A stretch of 63,323 nt of DNA, filler included, from Rhabdomonas costata (taxonomy: Eukaryota): NCBI GenBank assembly GCA_019059605.1. It is 41 parts of 41 records of this genome, joined end to end, with 100 filler letters (N's around TTAATTAATTAA, not from the genome) between each part and the next. Parts side by side here need not be neighbours in the genome. Positions count along the whole stretch, not along the records: positions 20,116 to 21,562 come from JAHMHO010015716.1; positions 21,663 to 23,109 come from JAHMHO010015717.1; positions 23,210 to 24,656 come from JAHMHO010015718.1; positions 24,757 to 26,203 come from JAHMHO010015719.1; positions 26,304 to 27,743 come from JAHMHO010015720.1; positions 27,844 to 29,289 come from JAHMHO010015721.1; positions 29,390 to 30,835 come from JAHMHO010015722.1; positions 30,936 to 32,382 come from JAHMHO010015723.1; 33 more parts are not named here. One strand, written 5' to 3'. Numbering within the stretch: the stretch's first letter is position 1; every line of letters begins with the position of its first letter. Below, one piece after another: positions 21,001-33,798 of this stretch. The notes below the pieces were generated by a model. The model was given only the letters and a program-made list of their open reading frames with translations. It did not search any database and was not told the origin of the DNA. The translations under genes were made by a program, and so were the position numbers.

Positions 21001-24000
21001 AACCACCTGTGGAGCCTTAATCCGAATTCGAATGCGGAGGTTTGTTTGGACAACGGTGTGATAGATAGCGGACTTCAGCGAAGGCGGAGGTGCGTGCAGG
21101 CCTGCGGTTGCCCTCAGCCATGCTGGCTTTTAGTTGAGTTGAAATAAAGCTGCTGTGGTGTAAACAAAAATGTTATCCGGCGCATTGTCAGGATGAGCTA
21201 TAGGTCGGGGTTGTAGGAAGTCCGTCCTCCTTTTTCTGCGCACATGTTCAAGTTTGAATTTTCTCCCGGTGTGCTTTTGGGCTTCTCTTTTGTGGCGTTC
21301 TCACGTGTGTTGGTTGGCGCCTGGAATTAAGGCCCCCCTGCGTTCTCTCCTGCAACATTTGTGTTTTCTTTTTCAGTGGCAACTTTTACTGGATCAAGGC
21401 CACCCACATTCTTGACCTGTCCACTTTCCACGGGATGGAGAGCCGCCACTGCGCCGAAGCCTGGCTTGGGACGAGCCCTCGGCAGTACTTTCCTCGGAAA
21501 ATGACGTGTCTGTTTGACTCCAACGTCCGGCATTACTACTCTCGCTATTCCCGACAGCGGTANNNNNNNNNNNNNNNNNNNNNNNNNNNNNNNNNNNNNN
21601 NNNNNNTTAATTAATTAANNNNNNNNNNNNNNNNNNNNNNNNNNNNNNNNNNNNNNNNNNNNGGGGGGGGGGGGCAGAGCGCGCGTGCCGTTCTCCGCTG
21701 TGCTGTTTTGTATTCCCTATTTATGTGCGTGTTGCTGCAGCTTTGTTTTCATTTTCTCGAGGGAGGCAACTGCTTTGATTTCGGGTATACTCTATGCGGG
21801 GATTGAGGTTTGCCCACGCTGTAGGCTTGGGCCCATGCCGTACCAGGTGACGCATGATAGACCGTGAGAGGTGATTGTGTGTACTATTATGAAACGGTAT
21901 GCTTACTAAGTGTTCGCACGAATTCTTGCGCTGTTGTGAGTATGCGGACTCTTGGCTACTGCAATCAAGTACCCAAAATTCTCACGCATCGTATGCGGTC
22001 CTAGCCTTCTCAAGGGTCTGCGTTTGTTTGGTACCCGTAGGACCCAAATTCAAAGAAGAAAACCACTTGATGAAACCTGTGTCTGCATGGATTTTTCAGT
22101 TGGCACTGTAGCAGTTTGGGTGGTCGCTTGATTCTAGAGTAAAGAAGTCCTGCCATCCCGACTGAAAACATGTGACAGGGAAGGCTAGAAATGACGCGAA
22201 CAAAGAATAGGGGAGCTTTTGGGTATGGGAGGGGAGAAGCCATTCGTTCGGTTGGGGGAGGGGGTTCAGGGTTCGAGTCACCAATCGGACCACCAAAGTT
22301 ATGTATGCGGTAAATGTGACTGGCAAATCCGGTAACGCCAGGACGTCATGAATGTCATTTGTCCAATGGCATGCCGCACTTTTGTAATCTCGCCTGTTTC
22401 ACCAAAGCCCATCAAATTCGAATTGGTAATCACGCCTCCTGTACTTCCTGCCCAGTTCTGTTTTCTACTGATGTTTCCCTTGGAGATGTTCGCATGCCGG
22501 CCGGGCTCTGAGGTCCACATGAGATCCAATGGGGCCGTGGCTGGCATGGCTGGCCCTGCCGTTGCCTCTCCCAAGGATGCCCAGATCCAACACCAGGGCT
22601 TTGGTAAAGAGTCATCACCCCTTTCAACTCTGGGCCAGAGCTCGACTGCGAAACACTTCTTCCAAAGCAGGCCCGCTGAGTTCCCAGCCCGGTTCACGCG
22701 TCATCATTTTCCCAGCCTCAACGGCTGCGACGCCTCCAATGGCCATCAAAGGCATGCTATGTGTGGCATGTCTCCTCGTTTTTCACGCACCGTTTTATTC
22801 AGGAAAGAAATGAAAATCCCTTCTCAGCGTGCCTTTTTGCTCAACCCGCTCATCCTTCTCCTTCCCTTCTCCCCGCATCTCCCCCTGAACGTTGTTATTG
22901 TCAGTGCCCGATGTCAGCAAAAAGCGCCATGAACTGAATGACACAGGGGTGTTATCTCGATTCTGGTTCTGTTGCAGGGCTGTTTCGGGGAATTCTGGAG
23001 CCCGAGTTTCGAGCCTTGGTGTGTCCGGCCTCCTGAGTGAGAAGACTCAGCATGTGCTACGGGAGCTTGACCGGTTGATGGAACTCCGAAGGTCAGTGGA
23101 GCTGAAACANNNNNNNNNNNNNNNNNNNNNNNNNNNNNNNNNNNNNNNNNNNNTTAATTAATTAANNNNNNNNNNNNNNNNNNNNNNNNNNNNNNNNNNN
23201 NNNNNNNNNACCCAAGGGGTGTTGTTTCGGGTTATCAAAGATGACAAAGGAAAACCTTTGTTTGATGAGTATCGCGGAGAAATGGTAGGTGCTCCCGCGA
23301 AAGCAGGATCAGGAAGAAAGGCTAAAAGACCCTCCGGTGAAAGATTGTCAGCGTTGTTTGTGTCACCGCGCTTCCTTCGTTCGTCGTTGTTTTGAAGGAA
23401 AGAGAGTGAATGCTGCTGCAACAATGCTATGGCATAGCCTGCGGCAGATGGGTGACCAAGGGCCACTCGAATTCTTTTCTTTTTCACTTTCTTTAGCCCA
23501 AGGCGCGTGCGACTCCTGCAAAGTCAACGGAAGTATGGATTTCCTATTGATTTGTTTTTGTGAATCCACCATTTCACAGTATTTCAGTGTTTCCCATACT
23601 GTCCCACTTCGCCTGTTTTTTTTGTTCTTCATAATATTCAGTACTTTGTCCAAGACAGTTACGAGGGTGCCTCTCGTGTCTCATCGGGCCGTGCCCGACT
23701 TTGAGCATAGAGGGTTTTTTTGGACCTTTTTCCGTTTCGATCGCCTTTTTTGTGTCGAGAGAATGCAATTTCACTGCGGTTACATTGGTCGAACCGGAGG
23801 CTCTGACTATGATCTGCGTATCGAGGGCGTTTACCCGTCGCTGTGTGCAGGCAACGGCTGCTGCAACCACGGCGCCCACGGCTTCGCAGCCTTCGGCGGC
23901 CCGGTCTCTAGCCCCTGCCCTCTCCCCCTCAAAGCCCAAGCCAAACGCAGCCCCGAAGCCTAAGGCCCGGGTATGAACTCGCCTGCCCACCACGAGCTGC

Positions 24001-25013
24001 TTCTTTTCTTTGCTGTGGGTCTTCATCTTCACCTTCGCATATTTCATCTGTGCCCCATATGTATCGATGGGAATTCCACCCACCAGTTATGATTTGAGAT
24101 AAATTGAGCCCACTGATTGCAGGTTTAGGTTTTCGAGCGGTGCAGTTAACTGTGTTGCTCGTCTCCTTCCAGTCTAGGGCCGCTCGCACGCCAGCTGTGT
24201 GTGGAGTGGGTTTGCATCCGAGGTCCACGTCACATTTAGCTGGCGTGCAGGTGGTGCCAGCGTTGCCTCCCCGTTTCAGCGTTTTCAACCGAGGACATGA
24301 CATCGGAATGCTTGCGCCCAAAACGGTGGATCAAAACCTTTCTTCAAAGATATATGTTGTAAATGTTCGAGAGCATTTCATTTGCTTATTTTCGCGATTC
24401 TTTAGGAATACGTACGTCGTGATGCATCGATTGTCTTTACTCTTTCTCTGCCCAGCCGGCCACCGCACCCATTATTCCCGGGCCCTCGATGAAGCTGCCT
24501 GCTCCAGTATGTGCGTTTCTTGTGCCTTGGCCTGCTCGTCATTCTTCTTCGCGCGTTCACAACCCTGTGACCAGACACAATCGTGTGTGTATTGGTGGTG
24601 GTATATGGTGGTGGTAAAAAGAAGGTCTCCGAAGCTAATCTCTGACCCACCAAAACNNNNNNNNNNNNNNNNNNNNNNNNNNNNNNNNNNNNNNNNNNNN
24701 TTAATTAATTAANNNNNNNNNNNNNNNNNNNNNNNNNNNNNNNNNNNNNNNNNNNNTCGCTGCAGGGCTTTGGGAGAAAAAGTGGCAGGAATAAATTAGG
24801 GGGGGGTTCTTTTTGGTCGGAGTATTCGGCGTTGTGGGGCAGGGGAAATTGTTGGCTGCCGTGTCTATCGTCGGTGAGTGTGTTAGCGGTGTAAAAGGGG
24901 TCAAATAGTTGGTGTGGGGCCCAGCCAGGCATCAAGTACTATTGATGAATCAAGGGGACAGACTCGAAAGGATCCGGTCTACATTTGTTGACCCACTCAA
25001 CCCTTTCCTTCAG

Positions 25014-26030
25014 CCTGCTGAACAATGCCAGCAAGTTTACCAAGGAAGGGCTCATCACGCTTCAACTCGAACATCTTGGCCGAGAGCGAAATAGTCTTTC
25101 TCTGGGCTTCTCGAGGCCCACTGTGGAGCCCGGAGATGGTCCAGACCCGGAGCTTGGCCTTATTTCTCGCCGCGCGGTCTCCATCTCGATACCTCCGCTG
25201 AGTTCCGCTTACTGTGGAGTTCATGAAGAGGATCAAGCCATCGTTTTTCATGTCCGGGACACGGGGGTAGGCCTCACCACGGAGCAGTCCGAAAGGCTTT
25301 TCCAGCCCTTCAGCCAGGCCGACGTCTCCACGACGCGGCAGTTTGGGGGCACCGGCCTGGGGTTGAGCATCTGCAAGCAGCTCACGGAGCTGTGGAAGGG
25401 CGAGATAGGCGCCGAGAGCCAGGGCCTGGGTCTGGGCGCCCACTTCTGGGTCACCCTGCCGCTGCTGCCGAACTCCGTCAGCGGGGAGCTATCCCCTCCA
25501 GTACCCTTGGTTGAGCATCCCAAGCTCCCCAAGGGGGTGGCCGTTGTAGACAGCCTGCTCGCCCGCCGGCATGCCCTGGAGGAGCTCTTCCTGTGCTTCA
25601 GCCCCGCCGTAGAATTCTTTCCCCCTAACACGGAGTTCACGGCAGCGATGCTGGAGGAGTTCTCTCTGCTTGTCGTTCTGCCAGATCCGAACCCAAGGCT
25701 CTGGGCACACGCCAAGACTCTGCTCTCCGCCGTGGCCCCTGAGAGCCTGCGGGTGATGGGCTTTGTGGCGATGGAGGAGCTACAGAAGGCGGAGGAGCTT
25801 TTTGGGTTCCCGATGTTCCCCAAGCCCCCCACATTCGGACAGATCGAGGGCTTCCTTTCCGGCACCCAGGGCCTCCCGTGTCCGTACCCATGCCCTGAGA
25901 ACGGCTTCTTGGGCTTCGAAGCCGTCCCCAGCCAGCACTCGGTGGACCCTAGCTCCAGGTCTTCCCGGCGCGTATTGGTCGCCGAGGATATCAAGTTGAA
26001 CCAGATGGTCTTCACGCAGATGCTGAAACG
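25014..26030 (+). CDS. Hybrid sensor histidine kinase exon: HATPase_c domain, linker or degenerate receiver, start of receiver domain
   Basis: N box LLNNASKFT, G1 VRDTGVG, F box LFQPFSQAD, G2 GGTGLGLSIC, and receiver start RVLVAEDIKLNQ; TTCAG acceptor at 25013 and GT donor at 26031. Confidence 0.95.
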
Positions 26031-26659
26031 GTTGCTGTTTTAGCTGGGTTTTTTTTTTGCGGCTTTTCAACAAAAGGCTTGCTCTCAGCAAACGTCGGAA
26101 AAATTGCCTTTTGTCGGGTGCATCACCAATTCTTTAATGCGGGTCCCCAAAGGTCCGGTTCCAGCCATGAATGCGCGTTTTCCCGAATGACTACCCAACC
26201 CCCNNNNNNNNNNNNNNNNNNNNNNNNNNNNNNNNNNNNNNNNNNNNTTAATTAATTAANNNNNNNNNNNNNNNNNNNNNNNNNNNNNNNNNNNNNNNNN
26301 NNNGGGGGTGTTTTTTTTAAAGGACATTAGCACCGCCAAACGGTTGTGGTTAACCGCTTGAACCGCTCATCCCATGCTGATCCGTGGAAAACCAGCACAG
26401 TATCAAACCCACTAGAATGATGCAGAAAGAGATAATGCTAGGAGGATCCAGCGGCCGCGAGGCAGACTGACACAACACTGGAGGCGGGCAAGCACCGAAG
26501 CCTGTGCGTTTTACGCGAAATTAAATGTGACAGGCAACACAACAAACAAAGGCGTTAATCGTTGGAATGGAAATGGAAGGTTCGTGACGCCATTGCAAAA
26601 CCAAAAAGTCAATGTTGCCGCCGCCGCCGTGAGTATGGGTGGGGGGACGCGTCCTCAGC

Positions 26660-27539
26660 AGCGGGATGAGCTCATCGTGGACGTGCAGAGCCGCGAGAAC
26701 TCGGGGTGGACCAAGCAGGAGATCTGGGAGTTCAAGGAGGGCGACCGTAAGAGGCGGAGGGAGTTTGAGCTTCGGAAGCGGGTGTGTACGTGTGTGTGGG
26801 ACATATCCGTGTTTCTGCCTCCGTCGCATTACTTCAGCCTTGGTTAGAAACACTAAAAAAGAGGCGTTTATTCATTCCAACCGGCACTGGAAACAGTATC
26901 CCGTCCTCCTTCCGTGGATTGTTTTTTGTGCAATTGGTTGTGTTGGGATTGGGCTACATAGAGCGGGCTTGCGAGTGTACTCTGCCACGAGTTCCAGAGA
27001 ATGAGTTCTTGAGGACTGAGGAGGTGTGGACGGCTAGACCAGATAATTGAGAATGAGTTCTTGAGGACTGAGGAGGCGTGGACGGCTAGACCAGATAATT
27101 AAGGTTTTTGAAACAGGGCCTCTTTAAACCATTACTCTAAGTTTTTTGCTTTTCAAGAAGTGTCCGTCCACCCCCGCGTTTGTTTTTGTCTGCATGTCCA
27201 ACTGTTCGGAGGCATTGCATTCCTTTTTGTGCTGAAGTTTAGATGTAAAAATTGGCCAGAATAAAGGGGTCCGACTCTGTGCGTCGGAGCGATTTTCTAG
27301 TGCGTCTGCGTCCCTTTCCTCACCCGCGAGATCAAAGCCCACATTGTATAATGCAAAAAAGAAAAGAAATCGGAGCCCAATTGTTTCGCGCTCTATGACC
27401 TCGCTCGAGGACCCCTCCACTTTTGCTCACGGGGCCATTCCCCTCTAATTTCCCGCTTTGCTTTGATGGGGCACAGGAGTTTCTGGTGCTGATGGGCGAC
27501 ACCGCAGGCATCCGGCCTCAGACGCTGATGCCCGAGCAG
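26660..27539 (+). CDS. Exons of a hypothetical protein (~26660-26780 and ~27477-27539)
   Basis: GC3-rich coding-like stretches RDELIVDVQSRENSGWTKQEIWEFKEGDRKRRREFELRK and EFLVLMGDTAGIRPQTLMPEQ, bounded by AG and GT. Confidence 0.5.
26997..27100. repeat. Tandem duplication, 2 x 52 bp with one mismatch
   Basis: GAGAATGAGTTCTTGAGGACTGAGGAGGYGTGGACGGCTAGACCAGATAATT occurs twice. Confidence 0.95.
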
Positions 27540-27855
27540 GTCCACCAAGCTCAGTTGGCTCGATCAATCCGCATCGAACCTTTCTTTTTTTCTTTGAGCC
27601 TCTTTGCTATCCGAAAGTATTGGGAAAGCTACCTGAAAGCTACCATAACTTGAACTTAGTGCTCTCAGCTTTTTGGATTCGGTGCCAAAAGGTTCTTAAA
27701 AGGTTCTGAAGTGCTGTTAGCAGAGCAACGGGGGGGGGGGGGGNNNNNNNNNNNNNNNNNNNNNNNNNNNNNNNNNNNNNNNNNNNNTTAATTAATTAAN
27801 NNNNNNNNNNNNNNNNNNNNNNNNNNNNNNNNNNNNNNNNNNNGGGGGTGTGGTG

Positions 27856-29280
27856 GTGTACGAATCCGTGACAGTAATTGCATTTAGAGGTCTCTAGTCC
27901 ACACACAGTCTCAGTTTACCGTTGTCTTTTGGAACTAACAGCACTCCAGCTCAGTAAGTAGAGGTTGCTGTATCTATGAAACCGAGCTCCTGCAAAATCT
28001 TTAGATGTTTCATCAGCTACACATCTTTAGCTGTGTACATAAGATATAGCCTTTGCGCCGGTACCCCTGTGTCCGGTTTCAAATCTATCCGATGATCTGT
28101 TATTCTTGTTGGGGAAGCCATCCTGGAACTGAAGCTGGGAAAATTCTTGAAAACTCCCTATTTAGCTTCTCAATCTCGGGAGGGTGGGTAAAAACTCACA
28201 TGGTGCGCCACAGATTCTGTGGTACACTTCCTTTATCAGTTTCTCCACCTCTTTCCTGGGCGAGTTCCGTAACGTTTGCTTTATCTTCCACTTCGGTTAC
28301 GACGCCCTGGCAATAGCGAGCTAATATTGCTTGGTTGGCGCGACTTCTTCCTCCTACACTGATACCACGGCCGATTTATCCACAATTGGCTGAAAGATTA
28401 GGTTTGGGTGCTCTCCCCTCCACTGCTGAGCTTGCTATGGGGTGCGTGTTCACCAAAGGACACTGGGGCTGATTGCTGTCGCTGGCCTATCCGCTGTCTA
28501 GCTCCGCCTCAATCATGCCATTTGTTGGACAAGTGACGCGGAAAGAATCTATAGATGGTAATGCCTGAATCTCATATATCGGTCCGCTTCTCCACAATTT
28601 AACCAAACGGCGTTTCCAATCAGTCTGGGGTTGTAGCCGAGTCAAGAAATGGTATCACAGTACCACCGGTATTTCCGCCTTTATAACTCTCAAGTATAGC
28701 TTTACCGGCATTGCACCAAAGCTTCTCACGATCTTCACAAAATGAGTCATGAAAGCCTTCCACATTGTCCACTCTCACTGTGAGCTTCTGCTGAAGCGGG
28801 TACAGCTGTAGCCTCAAACTCTGCACCACATCTTCACTTATAAAGGATTCCGACGCTCCTGAGTCCAACAGAGCTCTCACTTGGATCGTCCAAATCAACA
28901 ACGGCAGAAACAATAGCTGCTGAGTGGGGGAGGGGTCGGGTGTGGTCCCGACGAACCCATCCCATTCCTTGCCCACTTTTGGAAGGGCAGCACGAAAAGA
29001 GGTATCGGGCAACTTCCATTGCAACGACGTAAGCTGCTGACGGCTACCTCCTGCCGTTCTTCTAACCACTTCTCCGATGAGGCATTATCCGAAATCTCTT
29101 CTTTCACAACACTCCATTCAAAACGCAACGGTTTATGGGTACAAGAGTTACTCGAGAACTTACCTTTGAAAGAGCCATCCTTCCACCACGTTATCACGTA
29201 CAACAGGGGACCCTCACATGGTTGTTGGACATTTTTCTTTCTTTGCAACAAAGTTACCGCAACAGTTTCCTGACTTTGAA
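27856..29280 (-). mobile_element. Decayed Ty3/Gypsy LTR retrotransposon pol (aspartic protease followed by RT start)
   Basis: Protease VRALLDSGASESFIS (~28830-28880), FLTRLQPQTDWK, then RT LGFIDTATSTY*AGVLLVPKDNGKLRLCVD*RPLNAIT (~27860-28000); stops and frameshifts; PR-RT order. Confidence 0.92.
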
Positions 29281-31112
29281 CCAACACAANNNNNNNNNNN
29301 NNNNNNNNNNNNNNNNNNNNNNNNNNNNNNNNNTTAATTAATTAANNNNNNNNNNNNNNNNNNNNNNNNNNNNNNNNNNNNNNNNNNNNGAGGCACAATT
29401 TTGGCCAGAAACTTTTTTGCGTTTTTCTTCAACACTTTGCATTTTTTTTTGGGGGGGGGGTCGACGGGTTGCATATTTCACCCCCGCCCCTGGGTGTTAC
29501 CTCTGTCTGTGCGGAACCCTTCTTATTTAAGGTGAATCGTCTGTCTGTGCGTGGTCAGCTTGAACCGCTTTTCATTTTCTGAAAAGGTAACTTTTCAGCA
29601 CCTCTTCGTGTGGTGTTGCTGGATCGAACCCAACGACAATGAGTCGACGCGAGCTCGAGAGCTCACACTTGCTGCATTTCCGAACCTCTGCGACTGGTTG
29701 CCGAACCTTCCAAGTTCGGAGGGCGCTGGCGTTGGTGAGCGAGAGCATCGGGCACTACCTCCGCAAAGGAGGAGTTGAGTTGCAAGGGGTGTGCCAGATG
29801 ACCTCGATGGCAGTTGGTACCCCATCAAGCGTTTCGCTGCTGACCTGGGAATTCCGCGGAGAAGGGAACTCTGACCTGTGTGGGAGTCCCACGACTGTGA
29901 AGGAGCCAGAGCAATTCCCAAGACACAATCTCTGACGCAGTGGACTCCCAGAGGGCCACTCTGACTTCCGTGACCTGATATACACGTGTCATTCCTTCGC
30001 ATGCCGACAAAGACCACCCCCACAAAAGAGAGAACAGTCAAGAGTTAGGGTTAGGGGTTTTGGTATTTAGGACTGCGATCACCATTGCTGGAGGGTCCAG
30101 TCCTCACAAAAGTCCTGCGGGAGCTCATTGAGCAGCCAGTGGTTGAGTGGGAATGCTTTTGAGGGCAGCGTCTGCAGGGACAGATCGCCGAGCGCCGCGT
30201 GGCGGGCGTTGGAGTTTTCGACACAGCCCAGTATCGCTCACTGCCCCCGCCTGGATGCGCAAATTGCACCTCAAGTCACCATTGCCCACAAAACTAAAGT
30301 TTGAAAAGTTTCCAAGATGAAGGAACGTTTCCCAAGACGGGCAAGGATGCAGAATCCGACCGGCCAAGTGAGCAAAAATGATTATTACTGAACGTGCGTT
30401 TAGGAAACCCTTGAATAAAAATAAAAATAAAAATACCTGAGTTATGAAGTTTTCTGTGCAGTAAGCCACATCCCGCAACTTCCTTTCCTCTGGTGCCAGC
30501 CTAAAGCCTGAAACGTCAATATGACAGCAACTTGTTCGCCTAGATGTATCAGGTTTTTCCTTGTCGTTTTCATCTAGGATAGCAATTGAAGGAGCAGTGA
30601 GTTGGTCAGCCATCCAATATTTGAGGCGGGGGAGAAGGACAACAAATACGGAGACGTTTTTTCTTTATGCTTATCTGAAGATGTGCACCCGTCGGTGGGT
30701 CCACAATTCAAGCCAATCCGGTTGAAAATGGCCCTCAATTCTGTGGAAACAATTTTTGTTGTTTTTGAAAATTTTATTTTCCCAAGCGCAGGGGCAGGGG
30801 GGCAAGTGCGCTTGGGAAAATAAAATTTCCAAAACNNNNNNNNNNNNNNNNNNNNNNNNNNNNNNNNNNNNNNNNNNNNTTAATTAATTAANNNNNNNNN
30901 NNNNNNNNNNNNNNNNNNNNNNNNNNNNNNNNNNNTTTTGGTTGTTCAAGAACCGCGTTTCTTATGGTTCCCATGCCATGCAACGACAATTCCAAAAATC
31001 TGCAAACGTCAAAACGTTTAATGCCTCCTCCCCCCAAAATACAATTGTTCCTGGAATGCGGCCAGCATTTCCAGTGGTACGTTAAATTTTCGGCCGTGTT
31101 ATGCGCTTCCAG

Positions 31113-31616
31113 GTAACCGATGTGGGGTGTCTTCACCTGAGTGACGTGGAATTGGTGTTCACGTTCGAGAAGAACTTGCTCGGTTCCATAAGCGGATTCA
31201 AATGGAAGCCCATTTGTGTGTTGGCTCTCTCCTTTTTTTTTTGCTCCCTCCCCGCTTCCAGTTTAGTGAGATGAAAAAAATGTGGAAGCAGATTTTACTC
31301 ATGCTTGGTTTTCACACAGATACACACACGGAACTTGTTATCCGCTTTGATGTTCGACTTGATCCCGAAGGTGTTTTCGTGTTGGGAGTAGTGGCCTTCG
31401 GTCCGGTTGTTTTGGTCAGACGTGACGGATCACGTCGACATGATCACCCTGCACTACCACTGGAAGGAACGGGTGGAGTACGACTTGGGGGCTGCAATGC
31501 ACTGGCTCTACGGGCTCAGCTTTGTCGGTACTGTCCTACTGGCTGTGCTGATGACGCGGGTTCCGGCTGTGGTTCGTCACGGAGAAATGCTCGTTCGGGA
31601 TGAAAAAAGCCGATGA
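31113..31616 (+). CDS. 3' exons (31113-31215, 31320-31370, 31420-31616) of a membrane protein with a C-terminal TM helix, resembling plant NPU-like proteins
   Basis: Three phase-compatible GT-AG exons including a 49-nt intron; ITLHYHWKERVEYDL followed by a TM helix and stop. The family resemblance is from memory. Confidence 0.55.
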
Positions 31617-32196
31617 TGGTTCTTCCATTGACTATTGTTCCTAAAGTGCTTTTCAACGGACGTTTTTTGGTCTTTTCAACTGACTGTTGAGGTTCTGCGA
31701 TTCTGAACTCAGCCGAGCCCTTTTCGGCTGGCGCGATTACTTTGCTCGAAGGGAAGCAACCGTGACGAACGCAACAAAGGGGATGGGCAAATGTTTTTTT
31801 AGGGCTTGGTTCACAATTAAATGCGCCTGCTGAGAACGTTTTCGTTGTCATCACCCTATTCTTGGCCGATTCACAGCAAGTTTTGGAAGCAACAATTCCC
31901 CTTCTCCTGAATTATGCAAATTCGCCAAAGTGTATTTGGGCGCTGGATAATTTGCCATTCGCGGATTTTGTGGGCAGAGCAAGTCGATCCCTTTTCCTGG
32001 AAAGTGGCTGGATTCATTCCAGGAGCCCTTTGGGACTTGTTTTCTTCCGCAGTCTGTTATTCTCGCGGAGTGCTCCTCTTCCGTGCACCTTCTTTTTCCT
32101 TCCCTTTTTTCTGTTTCTTTTTTTTCTTCTGTCTTTCTGTTCATTTCTTGTGCTTTGTGCTCTCATTGAATATTCAGTGGTTCCCCACCAATACAA

Positions 32197-32382
32197 ATGG
32201 GGTGCGGTAGCTCAACCTCGACGACTGCCCAACCCGGAACGACGGCCGCTTCCAAGCCTTCCAAACCTTCCCAAGAGCCAACCCGCCAGGTCGCTAAGGA
32301 CGCCAAGCATGAGACCAAGCCTGAGCCCAAGACGGATGCCAAGGCCAAGCCTGGCGCGGGACCCTCTGCTCACCCAACCACA
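32197..32382 (+). CDS. N-terminus of a probably dually acylated protein (MGCGSS)
   Basis: MGCxxS myristoylation/palmitoylation motif, preceded by a long pyrimidine tract and an AG at 32176-32177. Confidence 0.75.
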
Positions 32383-32644
32383 NNNNNNNNNNNNNNNNNN
32401 NNNNNNNNNNNNNNNNNNNNNNNNNNTTAATTAATTAANNNNNNNNNNNNNNNNNNNNNNNNNNNNNNNNNNNNNNNNNNNNTTTTGTGGGACAGTACGG
32501 CGACATTCCAGCGGACATCCAGGTTCGCTCCCCACTCCTTGATTAAGGCCGTTTGTCTTCTCTTTTTCGGTCTCTCGAAAACTAGTGTTTTTCTCTCCGT
32601 GATTTTCAGCTGATCTTGCGTGGTTTATGGAGTTTTCCATTCAG

Positions 32645-32860
32645 CTTGCGGCTCATAGACTGCAGGAGGCGGGAGAATGGGGTGACCTCAGTGCTTGCTG
32701 TGCCTTTTGCTCGATTTTGCTCGATCCTGGGGGGGCGGGCATGCTTTCACAGGCGCTGTTGATACCCCATTTGCGGGGCGGCCGTTTGGACCCTGAAGCT
32801 TTGTCAGACTCCGTCCTGATTTCTTTGACAAAGGCCTTTCGCTCCAGGCTGATGCCGTGA
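32645..32860 (+). CDS. Probable terminal exon, hypothetical protein
   Basis: TTCAG acceptor, then an open frame to TGA. Confidence 0.35.
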   Translation, partial: LAAHRLQEAGEWGDLSACCAFCSILLDPGGAGMLSQALLIPHLRGGRLDPEALSDSVLISLTKAFRSRLMP

Positions 32861-33632
32861 TTTGGTGGCCACGTGTCTGCTTCTGCACACTGACCACGAA
32901 CCGTATCGGTTGGGCTGTAGAGGAGGAGTGAGTTGAGGGTGTCTCTATTAGAAGTGTATATTACCTTCCCGAAACCGTGTCGATCGAGACGAACCGACGC
33001 TTTGCGTGCAAAGTTCCTCTCGCCAGTTTTGCGGTTGTGTTGCCAGGCTGAATCAATCCATCTTTAACTCCGTTCACCCGGAGACGATGCCATTTTCTCT
33101 GCTCTGCACCCTGTTTTATTTTCGGGGAATGGGTGTTGCGTTGGTTGCATCATTACACGAAGGTTCCTTCCGGTTGCGAACTGAGATATGTTTCCCGCTG
33201 AATCTTTCATATGAGTGGAAAAATAAACTAATCGAGAATGTTTTGCGGATAGTTTCTTGTAAGCAAGGTCTGGTTCCATTCTGCCTGTGCTTTCCATCTA
33301 CCAGATATATGGCTGCAATGCATTTTTCATCTTTGCCTGCATTCCGTGTTGTCTGAAGTTTAAGTGACCACGCCTCAGCATTCTCCCTGTCCTGGCCAAA
33401 GCTTCCTTCAGCGGACCATTATTATCCTGCTGCCTTCTCCTGCGTGCTGTTGCGAGGGGGGGTGTACTGTACACACATTCATTCCGTTAGGAATTCGCTT
33501 ACTTCTGTGGTATCTCTTTGTTTGTGTTTTCTGTCGTGGAGATTTTGACACCGCAGAAGAAAGGGAACGCTGGGGGTTCAAAAAAAGGAAGACTCATAAA
33601 TTATCCTTTGCGAGCACAGCGTGTCTGCTCGG

Positions 33633-33798
33633 ATGGATGCGAAGAGAAAGCTGTCGAAGCAGCAGCGGCAGCCGCAGGAAGAGGGTGAGGAGCAGCCTCT
33701 GCATTGGCAGTCAATGTTCACCACCGTGGCCGGCTACCGGGGCTTTGTCCCCTTTGGCTCGCTGAACGCCACTCAAGAAGAGTGCGTCGCAGCGGTTC
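33633..33798 (+). CDS. Probable first coding exon, hypothetical protein
   Basis: CACAG 13 nt before the ATG; MDAKRKLSK...VAAV; GTGAGT donor. Confidence 0.55.

Noticed and set aside
25248-26015. 255-aa minus-strand ORF
   Set aside because: Antisense shadow of the GC3-rich histidine kinase exon.
27860-28000. In-frame TGA/TAG in the RT as evidence for an alternative genetic code
   Set aside because: The same element has frameshifts, and host genes end normally at TGA and TAG.
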